Shown piece by piece: positions 1-13,865 of a stretch of 64,000 bases of DNA. The position numbers were made by a program, and so were the translations under genes. The first letter of the stretch is position 1. Each line of letters begins with the position of its first letter. Below the pieces are notes generated by a model, which was given only the letters and a program-made list of their open reading frames with translations, did not search any database and had not been told where the DNA came from. Origin of the DNA: Octopus sinensis (taxonomy: Eukaryota); contig NC_042998.1 in the NCBI RefSeq assembly GCF_006345805.1, positions 112,034,001 through 112,098,000 of the forward strand. The letters run 5' to 3'.

Positions 1-1059
1 GGTATGTGTGGGTTCATTTCCGTGTGCTTGTGTGTGTGCAAGTGCATGTGTGTTTGAACGAGGGGTTGTGTAGGGGGTTTAGGTGCGTTTTTTGCGCGTG
101 TATGCATGTGCGTGTGTGCGTTCGTGTGCGTATGTGCGTGCTTAAGTGTGCGCATGTGTGTGTGCGTATGTGCGTGGGTTGTGCGTGGGGTTTGTGTAGG
201 CATGTATGTGCGTACCTGTGTGTATGTGCGTGCGTGTGCTTGTGTTCGTATATATATATATATATACATACCACTTAATTTGAGCGGAGGCAATGCGAGT
301 AGGAACTAAAGGAACATTACTAAGATCTGCCCTCAAAGATTAAATACATACATATATTCATATATTCATTTACATCTAAAGAACGGATATACAATTCGAC
401 AAATATATAAATATAATGATATATATAAATAGATAAAAAATTATATAATACATATAAATATATAAGAATCAGTGTTACATGCACAGTGAATTTACGCTTA
501 AAGTTATAAAATATTGGTTTAATAAAAAAATTGGTATAATAAAACATAAGAAAAACATATTATATATATATATATACACTGGGCTTCAGCAGAGTTTCCG
601 TCTAGCAATTTCCATTACATGTTGGTCAGTGGCAGACATAAGTAGAAGATTCTTGACCAAAGTTCCGTGGTTGTGCAGTAGGAACGAACCCATGATCACA
701 TGATTACGAATCAAACCTCTTAATTATACAACCATGCCTATATCTATTTGATGCGCTTTAATTTTCAACTATTTTTTTTATTATATTCTAAAAAGGTGTG
801 TCGGTCATGGCGAGAGCATCTTACGACAGTGGTCAACTTGATTAGGGCTGACTTGAGGCTAAACAACAGCAATAAAAGATTTCTTTTAAAATGTAAATTT
901 CATCATGCAGCAGTGCATATGCACTTGTGTGCATCTTTCGCATGTATCTATATATGCGTTGGATACGTATCTCTTAATGTAAGCGTATGCGTGAAAAAAT
1001 GAGTGTGTGTGTGTATACACATATGTATGTGTGTATATGTGTGTATGTATGTATTTGTT

Positions 1060-1265
1060 TCTGTGTCTGTTTGTTTCTGCACCGTCGCTTGACAACCGAT
1101 GTTGGTGTACTTACGTCCCCGTAACGAAGCAGTTCGGCAAAAGAGACCGATAGGATAAGTACTAGGCTTACAAAGAATAAGTCCTCGGATCGATATGTTC
1201 GACTAAAGGCGGTGCTCCAGCATGGCCAGTCAAATGAATGAAACAAGTAAATGAGTAAAAGAATG
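1060..1265 (+). mobile_element. SINE family A, 3' half
   Basis: cgcttgacaaccgatgttggtg...cggcaaaagagaccgatag...ggcggtgctccagcatggcc, homologous to the 50956-51150 region. Confidence 0.85.
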
Positions 1266-1276
1266 AAAGAATATAT

Positions 1277-1345
<69 letters not shown>

Positions 1346-1371
1346 ATGTATGTATGTATGTATACATATTC

Positions 1372-1570
1372 TTTTATTTGTTTCAGTTATTTGGCTGCGA
1401 CCATGCTGGAGCATCGCTTCTAGTTAAGCAAATCTACCCCAGGACTTATTCTTTGTAAGCGTAGTACTTATTCTATCGGGCACTTTTGCCAGACTGCTAA
1501 GTTACAGGAACGTAAACACACCACCATCAGTTGTCAAGCGATGTTGAGCGGACAAACACAGATATAGACA
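1372..1570 (-). mobile_element. SINE family A, 3' half (inverted relative to 1060-1265)
   Basis: ccatgctggagcatcgc...acttattctttgtaagc...gttgtcaagcgatg is the reverse complement of the 1060-1265 block. Confidence 0.85.
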
Positions 1571-1638
1571 TATACACATACATACATACATGCATGCATA
1601 CATACATACATACATACATACATACATACATACATACA

Positions 1639-1707
<69 letters not shown>

Positions 1708-2255
1708 GTCGTGCTTTCGTGTTTGGATTAACTATATATATATAAAAGCATAGTGTTTACTGATTTTAACCCACGCTGGTGGAAAGGGGAGAGTAGAAAT
1801 TCTTCGCTTGCATTTTTGAGTTTTCTGGCACTGTTAGTTTCGAGCAGATCTTCAGAAGCGATAAGAAGCCGAAAGGGTATGCTCCCACTTTCAGTGTTTT
1901 CAAATCCAAACCAGGGAGTTCTGAGCTGATGATAGAAATGTCGAGTTTGACTAATCTTGAAACGTACGTTCTCAAATAACCTTTGCATTTGATTTTTTAA
2001 TGTCTCTACCCCCATACTTTCGTGAGTTGAATTGAGCAAACACTATATGAGAGAGGTTTTCTTTAAGTATTAGAAATAGCTTTAAAAAAGTTTTTTTTAG
2101 CTGCTATTTCTAATGAGTTCAGTATGCGGCAAAGTAATTTATTTTACTAAGCCCTTTTATATAATGTAATAATTTGAATTCGCCTTAATTGGTCCCTTTG
2201 CATACTGAATACTTGGTGAAATTGATTAATTAATTAATTTTACCCTCAATTGTTG

Positions 2256-2315
<60 letters not shown>

Positions 2316-2549
2316 ATGTGACCGCGTGTGTATCGTTTGCGATTTTTTTCCTCCGTCTTCCCTTCCTTGGATCTTTCCTTTTCCTATGTTTGTGACGAAG
2401 AGCTCCGATCGAAACGTTAAATCCTCCTTCTTTCTTTCCTTTCCTGAGCGTCCAATAACGCTATACTTGCTCCTCGTCCTCGCGTTATTGCGTTTTCTCT
2501 TTGTGTTTTCATGTTTGAATTAACTCTCTCTATATATATATAGATGTAC

Positions 2550-2670
2550 ACGACGGGCTTCTTTAAGTTTCCGTCTACCAAATCCACTCACAAGGTTTTG
2601 GTCGGCCCAAGGCTATAGTAGAAGACATTTGCCCAAGGTGCCACGCAGCGGGACTGAACCCGGAACCATA
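2550..2670 (-). mobile_element. SINE family A, 5' half
   Basis: cgacgggcttctttaagtttccgtctaccaaatccactcacaagg...gcccaaggtgccacgcagcgggactgaacccggaacc. More decayed copies lie at about 580-715 (-), 6770-6930 (+) and 27700-27830 (-). Confidence 0.85.
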
Positions 2671-2715
2671 AGATATATGTAAATAAAGGCACTCACACAT
2701 TCACATACATATATG

Positions 2716-2912
2716 TGCGAAATGCTTAGCGGTATTTCGTCTGCGTTACGTTGTGAGTTCAAATTCCGCCGAGGCCGACTTTGCCTTTCATCCTTTCGGG
2801 GTCGATAAATTAAGTATCAGTTACACACTGGGGTCGATGAAATCGACTTAATACCCATGTCTGTCCTTGTTTGTCCCCTCTGTGTTTAGCCCCTTGTGGG
2901 TAATAAAGAAAT
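2716..2912 (+). mobile_element. SINE family B (short 5' truncation)
   Basis: Same body and tail as 13119-13338. Confidence 0.9.
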
Positions 2913-3499
2913 ATGTTTGTATGTATGTATGTATGTATGTATGTATGTATATGCATATGTGAATATATATATGTGTGCATGTTTGTTCATATATGTATGC
3001 ACGTATATATTCGGCTTGTTATATTTGGCATGTATATCTGTATATACATACATACATACATAATTATGTGTATGTATGCATGTGAATGTATGTATGTACG
3101 TATGTCAAGTTTCCCTTGTCTAGCGCTTGACCAGACTTGACCAAATAAATCCATGACCAAAAGCATTCTGGCTATGGCCATCACATCATTTCCGTATAGC
3201 GATGAAACACGAGAACACCCTCAAACAACACGTTCTACGTTTAAGACAGTAGGGAGCACTTTGAGGGACATTTAGCCACTATTTTTAGCAGATCGAGTTA
3301 CTACGTAGAAGCTCCGAAGTTGGTTCATGGTTTCCTTGCTCTCACTTTGTGTCACCTTAGTCCAACAGTTAAAACCATTTAATATATTCTATAAAGAAAA
3401 GGAATGACGATGACGATATTGTTGGGGGGGGGGCGTAGCTACCCCCTTCCCCAGCACCATTTCACACCCATGTTATATTGCATTTTCCCGATCTTTTCT

Positions 3500-3516
3500 T
3501 TCTTCTTCTTCTTCTT

Positions 3517-3605
<89 letters not shown>

Positions 3606-3662
3606 CATCATCATCATCATCATCATCAGCATCATCATCATCATCAGCATCATCATCATTAC

Positions 3663-3705
<43 letters not shown>

Positions 3706-3787
3706 TTATTATTATTATTATTATTATTATCATCATCATCATCATCATCATCAGCATCATCATCATCATCAGCATCATCATCATTAC

Positions 3788-3834
<47 letters not shown>

Positions 3835-3850
3835 TATTATTATTATTTAC
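3500..3850. repeat. Compound trinucleotide microsatellite (TTC)n-(TTA)n-(TCA)n with an internal ~125-bp duplication
   Basis: Read directly. The (TCA)n-GCA-(TCA)n-GCA-(TCA)n-TTACTA pattern appears twice (first GCA at about 3629 and 3754). Confidence 0.95.
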
Positions 3851-4574
3851 TGTAGTTGTAATTGCTGTTGATATTATTCTCTTGAACATTGTCGACTCCA
3901 CCTTCTTTCGTCATAAAATTATGCCCTTCATCCCCTCCACTATTTCTACTAGAGCTACCCTCCCACCTTCTTGAAAACATTACCACCACCACCACCACCC
4001 ACCATTACCACTACCGCCGCTGCCACCACCACCACCACCACTACCACCATCACAATCAGTATTACCGTCCCACCTTGCCATCATTGCAATCTTTAACCCC
4101 CCACTACCACCTCACTACCCATCACATCCACCACCACCACCACTACTGCCGCCGCCATTAATAGAGTTACCACCCCGATGCCTCCTCACTAAACACGCCC
4201 CATGAAACATTCACTACAGAGTGGAGTCGCAGCTACTTATATAAACATATATGTAAATAAGTATATATACGCACCACACACACACACAACACATACACAC
4301 ACGCTCACACACATACATACATACATTCATAGAGAGTAGAGGGTGCGCACGTGCGTGTGTACACATATGTGCATATATGAGTGCGTCAGTGTATTTCTGA
4401 GATGAGAAGCTGTGAGTCAGGATATTGAACAACAAATCGCCACCGACAGGAGCTGAGATCGGACCACGCTTCTTTTTACTCTAGTCACCAAGTACTACTC
4501 TACCACCGTATTACAGGGTAAGTTAAAACGTTGGAAAATATATTCTCTGTCGTGTTCCCTCTGCAGGATCGGTT

Positions 4575-4763
<189 letters not shown>

Positions 4764-4856
4764 GCGTGTTTTTATATTTGCCTGTGTCTGCGTATATGCG
4801 GCGTATACTATGTGTAGACTATGCGTATGTTTTTGTGTACGTGTACATATATATAT

Positions 4857-4890
<34 letters not shown>

Positions 4891-4921
4891 TGTATATATA
4901 TATTATATATATTTATATATA

Positions 4922-4969
<48 letters not shown>

Positions 4970-4987
4970 ATATATATAATATATATA

Positions 4988-5032
<45 letters not shown>

Positions 5033-5308
5033 CATACATTATATATATATATATATATATGTATGTTATATATGTATATATATATACATATATATATTAT
5101 GTCTGTATGCATTTGTGTGCCTGCGTGCGTTTGAGTACGTAATGTAAATTATGAGAAGTCGTAGAAGAAAGAAAGCTCAATACGTGTGTAGAGTATGCAT
5201 TTGTTTTTATTAAGTGAGTTGTTCTTAAGTGAATTCTTCTTAATAACAACTGTACACACACGCATTATTGTGATCTGTGTGTGCAAGAGGTATACACATA
5301 CACACACG

Positions 5309-5359
<51 letters not shown>

Positions 5360-5549
5360 AATTTATACATATATACATACATATATATTTACATATATGC
5401 ATATATAATTTACAAATAAGGGCAAAAGGAAAATTTGCCCTTGTTTATAAGTTGTTTATAATTTTAACCTCTAAAGGTATTTTAATCTTCTGCAACTTTT
5501 GATGAAATTTTTTTCTGAAAAATTTTTTTATCCTATATTAGTAGTACAC

Positions 5550-5613
<64 letters not shown>

Positions 5614-5641
5614 CATACACATCTATCTATCAATCTATTTA

Positions 5642-5692
<51 letters not shown>

Positions 5693-8027
5693 GTCTGTCC
5701 GTGTGTCTGTTTATTGATCTATTTATCTATCTATATGTCTATATATATCTATATATTATATATAGAAAGATAGATAGACGTGTATATATGTGATTGTGTG
5801 TTTGTGTATACATACGTACACACACACATATATATATTATATATATATATATATAATTCACATTATATATCTACATACATAACTGTGTATGTACGTAAGT
5901 GTAGGCGCGTAAATATGTGTATACACGAACATGCGTATATGCGTGAGTTATTCGAACACCACATCCATGCACCGTAATATATCGTTTCACCACTTTCATA
6001 CAAAAGCATAAACGAACAGTAATAACTATATACATATACATTCATACCTATACAAGTAGATATATTCGTTTTTAGACAATATTTGTTACACGTGAAACAA
6101 TATCACGTAGTTGTAAAAGAGAAAGGAGCAAAAATGATTGAATCGACTCCCGTGAAAATTAAAGTATCCTGTTGCAGGACTTGAATTTAGTGTGTCATGA
6201 CATATAATTTAATGTTGCATAACAGTTTACTGAAGAAGCTTTTTTCTGTTTCTACTAACATATCACTCTATATTAGTTAATATTGATTTCTTGTGGATGT
6301 AATCAATTTAATCGATCTTGTTATGTAATTTCCACATATTTTATCAGGTTGGGACATCGATCGGTAGAATGTTTAAAGCTCCAGACAAAATGCACTGTCG
6401 TATTTGTTCTTGCTTTCTACGTTCTAAGTTCAAGCTATACCCAGGTCAAGTTTGCTTTTCAGCTTTCAGGATAGAATACCAATCTTTCTTCCTATATCTC
6501 AGAATCAGCTGCATTCCGCTTTCAAAAGTACATGGGTTATCATTCACAGTATCCTTTTCTTCAAGATAACCAATTCTGCCGTTACCACGATGGAAGAATA
6601 TAATCACTGAGGTGAGAATATAGCCACCGGGGTAAGGGGATAATGATATATTTCATCAACCACCTCGTGGTTTGAAGCTAGAATATATAGAAATGTAATC
6701 AGATACCGCACAAGTAAATTAGATTATTCATTTCAACCATTTCTGTCGCAGAAAGTGCCCTAGTGTGAGTGCAGGCATGACCATGTGCTTTACAAATTCA
6801 CTTAATAACTATGTAATTTCCTGTTCCCTTCCACTGCACTTTGGGTAAATAACCGTTTGCCATAGCCCCGGGTTGAGCAAAATCTTAGTCAATGAAATTT
6901 GGTAGAAAGAAATACATAGGAGGCATCACTACTGATCTTCAATGCCCTAATCTGTCACTGGCTTAACACCACCACCTGTCTGTTGTGTGCCTTTAGTGGA
7001 GTTTACTCTGTTGCAAGCATTCTGATCAGGGCCCCAATTTTGAGGATAATAATTACTTCCTTCATCCCCACATTACTTTGGAAGACACTGAAAGGGGTCT
7101 GAGCGCTGCCCTTCCTCTTCTGGCTATGCTACAATATAAATATAAATATATATATATATATAAGAGCATAATGATTTCTAAAAAAGTGGATACGAGATCG
7201 TAGTTGATTAGTTTGTCTCTGTTATTTGATTTGTCTTTTAATTTATCGAGTTTAGAAGGATAGAAAATGAAATAGATTGGAACCATAAACGTCCATGGGG
7301 TGTAAGGAATTATAACTGAGTTCTAGTGACCCTTTCTGTTGTTCCATACCGTCATATCATGATCACGAATACGGATATAGGATAACTACACGTGAGGCCC
7401 CGAGAGATCTTCTATGTGATCACACGACCAGCAAAAAATAACAACCAAATTCCATTCAAATAACACTACTCTCTTTTTAAAAAAGATGGCTGAATGGTAG
7501 TACATTTTAGATAATCTACTACCAATAAATAAATCAAAAACAAAAGCAGAAGATGCTCATAGCTGGAACAAATGAAATCACTGGTCTGTTCGATGAGGGC
7601 AGACTCGGGTTCAACAATAACAATAATATAATAATATAATAATCAATGACAGTTGATTCCTCTATAGATGTATGTTGTTGACACTAAACAATAACTTATG
7701 ATTATCAATATTATATAAAAAGAAAATAAAACAAAGTAAATACAATAAATTTATGTGATTCTGATCATTCTGATGCTCCAACAAAAGTTCTCATCGTCTT
7801 TCATTGCAATTTATATTTTTGTTTGTCACGTTGTTGTTGTTGTTGTTTTCGCCAGTTAATTGCTTATTTGAAATAATTCATTTGCTTCTCTGTGGGGGAG
7901 ATGTATTTATGCGTATTTTTACATTCGTGTGTGTGTGTGTTTGCGTGTGTTTATATTTTAGTCAGCTAGCGTGTGCGTATGTATATAATATATGAATGCA
8001 TGAAGGTGTATATATCTATATATATAT

Positions 8028-8059
<32 letters not shown>

Positions 8060-8403
8060 ATATATAGCGTTGCGTGAATGTGCATATGTATATGTGTATA
8101 TCTGTATATGTATTATGTGTGTGTGTGTGTGTGTATGTATGAGTGGTTATGTGTACACATCACCATCATCATCATCATCTACTTATCAGACAAATAAGTA
8201 CACCAAATATTCCATTTCTTCATTAGAGACGTATGTTCATTCCTAGTTAAAGCTCTTCTGTCGTCCATTAGCTTTCTTGACCACGGTTTTGGCAGGACTC
8301 CCAAGGGTTCGTTCTCTGATTAACGCTTTCTCAGATGACTGTTTCACTGGAGTCTTCTGTGAGGGACTCGAACAATGCCAGCAATGTCTCTCTCTCTCTC
8401 TCT

Positions 8404-8447
<44 letters not shown>

Positions 8448-8683
8448 CCCTTCGCTCTGTTTCTTCGCCGATGAACTGAACAGAGGAAAATGGCATTAGA
8501 GTTGCTCTGCAAAGTTGTGTGCACATATGTGTGTGTTGTGTGTATAAACACACAATATACACATACGCGCATACACACACCTACACACATATATAAATGT
8601 GAGTGGTAATTGCATGCATGAATAGGTATATACGTATATTATGTATGCATGCATAAATAAAGAGAAAGAGACAGACGGACAGG

Positions 8684-8744
<61 letters not shown>

Positions 8745-9237
8745 TGAGAGAGAGAGATAGAGAGATAGAGAGAGACAGAGAGACAGAGAAAGAAAGAGAG
8801 AGAGATGGATGGATGGATCTTCGTCAGTTTCGCTGAAAAGTTATTTAGTTGTTCGATCAAGAGAGCTATATATTCATTGAATATAACTGTAAACGGTTGA
8901 ATATTCTTCGGATGGATGTCACCTTTAACGTAATTCTCTGCCGGATTCAACGTAAACACAATCTGTCGTGGCTGGACCTGTAAAATAAATGCAGTCCACC
9001 GGCCTGAACATCTAAATAGTTAATCCACCCTATTTCGCTCACAAGACTTAGCACGGCCGAAACGATGGTAAAGACCAGGGAGAGAGAGAGAGAGGGGGGA
9101 AGAAACAGAGAGTGAGTTAGCTTGAGAATGATAGATAGAACTATAAGCAGTTGCTTACTTGGAAGAACACCTAAATGCTAGATGCATGGTCATTACAGAG
9201 TGCTGAGGTAGTTATATTAAACCAGTGTGTGTGTGTT

Positions 9238-9333
<96 letters not shown>

Positions 9334-11797
9334 TGTATGTATGTATGTATGAATGTATGTATGTACGTATGTATATACACACGCATGTGTGTGTATTTCG
9401 ACGGCTTATTTTAACGAAGACCTCTTTATTGCAAACATTCGAGTTTGAGCCCAATCTGAGGATAACTTACTTTACCCTCCTCTCCTTCGATTATTACGGA
9501 TACCTTGAAAATTGCCATCAGCGCCAGTCTTCTTCCAGTCACCAATCCGTTCATCATGATATTGTGCTGAAACTGCCGGGGGCCTTGCTATCTTACTTTC
9601 GCCAAAATTTGGGGGTTAATAGTCTGCGAGACGTACTTTGTAGCAGACACATGAGGTGAATTATTCTGCTCGAGGACGTGACGCACCGCTTGCTCTGGGA
9701 ATCGAACTCATGACCTTGCGACTATTAGTCCATCACCCTAACTACTAATCCATATCCATTCTTACTAAGCCATTAATCTTACAAAGCTATCCTTCCAAAA
9801 GGAGTCACAAGTATCTAAGTTGTTGACAGTAAGATCGAGGAAATCTTGGTTATAATATTGCTTCGATTCTTACCATTTTATTGAATTTGATCGTCCTTAG
9901 ACTTCTTCATATGGCAACAACTGACTCTGAGAATCAAATCTTCAACAATAAAATAACGTTTGTGCCTGATTTTAAAGATTATACAGGCATTCAATAAGTC
10001 AAAGAAATAAGTTCTTCATACGCTTCTAATTCACAGTCGAAAACCATTTTACTTCATTTAAGTTGCTAATGTCTTTAGGAAAAGCACAAACATCACACTA
10101 CGAAGCATTTAATAACTTCGGTGGGACAAGTATTGTAACATAGGGTGTCGTTGCTGTTGCTACTCTTTCACCTTGTGTTAGCTCTGATCAGAAAGACGTT
10201 TAAAAGGTATTCTAGACATGATACTCCTGTTTTGTTCTCATATAATGTTTTGTATCATATAATGTGCTCTTTTTTAACGATGAAAGGATGTGTTGTGGTT
10301 CGAAAGATTTTTGTAAGATAGGTGACTGCTAAGATACTCCATTATCATTAACCATGTTTCATATGAACATTTGATACCCAGTTCTTTCTATCTAGTTCGA
10401 AAGAAACCAATATAGTTTCTGGACACAATAAACTTTATCTTTTAATTATTTTACAGATGAATCATTAGTTAAATGTCAGACATTGACTAGACCTATGGAT
10501 TTAAGGAGCTGGTATTTTATATGTTCATGTTGTTCCTTTGGTCATTATTATATCAGCTCGCCGATTGCTGATATATTAATGTTATATCTTCAGTGTATAG
10601 GTACACACACACAAACACACACACACACACGCACACACACACACATGCACACACACACGCACATCCACACATACACACACACTCACACTCACATACACAC
10701 ACATACACCATACACATTATATACATAATATTTATGAACACACTCTATTATATACTTTATATACATATACCACACATTTTGTTATGTACACGTAGATGTG
10801 ACGCAGAATGCTGTAGATACCCGTCCTTCATTATATTCAGACTGGCTACAAGCATAAATGTGTACACACGTACATACAATTGTGTAAACACGTAGTCATT
10901 ATTTTACACATACACTAAAGGTGCACGAATAGGACACTCTAAACGTGTAAATATACAACCGTCATTATAGGACACACACAAATGCGTAAACATACAACTG
11001 TCAATTTATACATATACACTGCGGACATACACACATGTAATAAACTCTAATCGTTCGCTATATATACATGTATATAGTGGACACACGCTGTTGTGTAGAC
11101 ACAAGCTCATTATTATACACATTCACTGGGGACACGCACTTACAAAAGCATCCTTTGCATATATATATATTCTCACAGAATCCAACAAGAACGTAACTCA
11201 CTAAACATATGTGCATGATCAGGTTTTATTTCAGAGAGGTCCGTTGATTCATTAACCCCACAATTTCAGCCCCAGAAAACCAGCAGTCTTCATCTGTTCA
11301 CTTCACACGCTTTAATTTAGACTTACAATGTTCAATGAGGACTATTGAGACAACACACACACACACACACACACACCATAACTCTCCCTCTTTTTCTTTC
11401 TTTTCTTCTTTATTCTATCCTCTTATTTTCAGTACCTCTTATACCTCTCTTTCATTCTCTCTCTCTCCCTCTTCCTCTCTACTCATTGCTGTTCCACTTT
11501 CACTCTCACCTCTTACTCCTACCCCTTCTTTCTCCGTACCTACTCTTCCTCACTTTAAGGCTACTGCTGCTGCTGCAACTGCTGGTTCTTTCCGGAAAGT
11601 TTTAATGTTTATTCTTCCCTATTTTAAACACTTAATACCAAACTCTGAACTAGCCCACCCACCACCCAGTTTTCTAGAATGTTCAGTTTCTTCTTTTGAT
11701 TGTCTACAGCCGAACTTCCATTTTCTATTATTCTAAACTGACCCACTCCTCTATGTCTCTGCCTCTCCAAGTCACGTTATACACACACACAGAACCA

Positions 11798-11869
<72 letters not shown>

Positions 11870-11978
11870 TATTAGATATATATATATATATATCGGGAGT
11901 GAGAGAGAAATAGAGACAAACAGACAGACATACCGACCGACCGACAGACAGACATACATACAGACCGACCGACCGACC

Positions 11979-12010
<32 letters not shown>

Positions 12011-12029
12011 GGCAGACAGACAGACAGAC

Positions 12030-12084
<55 letters not shown>

Positions 12085-12470
12085 CATACACACACGAAAT
12101 AGTGAACAAACCTAAGAAAGTAGGACTCAATACATTCAGTAGGAGTTTTTAATATATAATGACAGGGTCACTATAATAATCGATCTGGTTTGGAATAAAC
12201 TTAAACGGGTAACATTGCCTGAATAAAAGACTCAATAACATAAAGTGGGTGACATACTATAAATTGTTGACAGTAACTTTGGAGTTTCACTAATGGTGGC
12301 TTCCTTTTTTTTTCTTTCTCCATCTCTCTCTCTTTCTTTCTTTCTCTCTCCGATACACATGTCTGTACTTCAGATTGTTTGTCTATGTCTCATATTTTCT
12401 CAGTGTGTGTGTGTCTGTCACTTTGTCCTTCTCACTCTCTCTCTCCCTCTCTCCCTCTGTCTTTTTTCCC

Positions 12471-12507
<37 letters not shown>

Positions 12508-12629
12508 GTTCTTTCTATCTTACACGCTCTTCCCTTTTACCACTTTCCTCACGTTATATTCTTTCCTATTCACCAGTTTCACCATCCTTTCATCGGTTTC
12601 ATTTTTCTCACTCCCTTTCTCGTTCCCTG

Positions 12630-12703
<74 letters not shown>

Positions 12704-12710
12704 GTAAGCA

Positions 12711-12743
<33 letters not shown>

Positions 12744-13118
12744 CCCCTCTCATCTCTGTATGTTTAACTTGTTATATGTAGGTGTATTTATGTCTTCATC
12801 AGTCGGTAGATGTATGTGTTTGTCAAACATATACACCATGTGTGAAGTTTCAATCTAATGATTCACTTATTGGTCTGTTTTGTCTATCAGTAAGCAGTGA
12901 CGGGGTGTTGAAAGTCCTATCAGAAAATCTAAAATGCGGGTGGTCCTGGACGACAGCTCGAAAGACGAACCGTAGGGACTAAGAAGACCTACCTTAGGAA
13001 TTTTATTTGTTTATGCCAAATTTGCTCGCTTCTGTTTCAGGCGAAGTATTATGGTTGAGTGGCAGATATCTGGGAGTATAAGAACTGCGAGAGACATCGT
13101 GGAGAGGAAGGTATCACT

Positions 13119-13338
13119 CGAGCTGGCAGAAACGTTAGCACGCCGGACGAAATGCTTGCCGGTATTTCGTCTGCTGCTACGGTCGGAGTTCAAATTCCGC
13201 CGAGGTCGACTTTCATCCTTTCGGAGTCGATTGAATAAGTACCAGTTACGCACTGGGGTCGATACAGTCGACTTAATCCGTTTGTCTGTCCTTGTTTGTC
13301 CTCTCTGTGTTTAGCCCCTTGTGGGTAGTAAAGAAATA
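13119..13338 (+). mobile_element. tRNA-headed SINE, family B, full length
   Basis: cgagctggcagaaacgttagc (A-box-like), ggagttcaaattccg (B-box-like), central catcctttcgg.gtcga, and tail ttagccccttgtgggtagtaaagaaata. Confidence 0.9.
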
Positions 13339-13777
13339 GGCATCGCTATGTTTGAAAAGATAAATAAGGAATACACTCTGTTGTGCACAAAATTGTATGT
13401 ATTACCAAGGTGACTATCTGGTCGAATCGACAAGGTGTCGGATAGAATGCCTTGTGGCACTCGTTCCGGTTCTGCAATCTGAGTTCAAACCCCCCACTGA
13501 TGTTGATTTTATCCTTCTTCCTTTCGGATTTCATAAACTATCCGTCCACCACTATACTATGGACGATTGCCCCTTTTCGCACCTTTCCCCATTCCCCCCT
13601 CTCTCTGTCCTATCTATATTTCAAAGGCCTGACCCTTGTCACAATATGTCACGCTGATTTGTCCCGAAAATTATGTAAAAGATACAAGTGTGCGTACCCT
13701 TTATTTGATCAGGCTAGTGAATGGCCATCGACCTGATCGACAAAGAACCTCCACCGTCCACATCGTTCACCACGTAT

Positions 13778-13865
<88 letters not shown>

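Noticed and set aside
1825-1862. Minus-strand CTGAAGA...GAAAC hammerhead-like match (similar partial matches at about 27450-27475 and 40300-40335)
   Set aside because: No consistent stems I/II, and at this site G occupies the cleavage position.
1830-1963. Plus-strand exon-like open frame (…KPKGYAPTFSVFKSKPG…) and a vaguely similar minus-strand segment at 7062-7133 (…KRKGSAQTPFSVFQS…)
   Set aside because: No recognisable domain, opposite strands, an ambiguous acceptor, and similarity short enough to be chance.
8243-8978. Minus-strand exon-like segments (VQPRQIVFTLNPAENYVK…, KTPVKQSSEKALIRER…)
   Set aside because: They could not be joined into a phase-consistent model and no homology is recognised.
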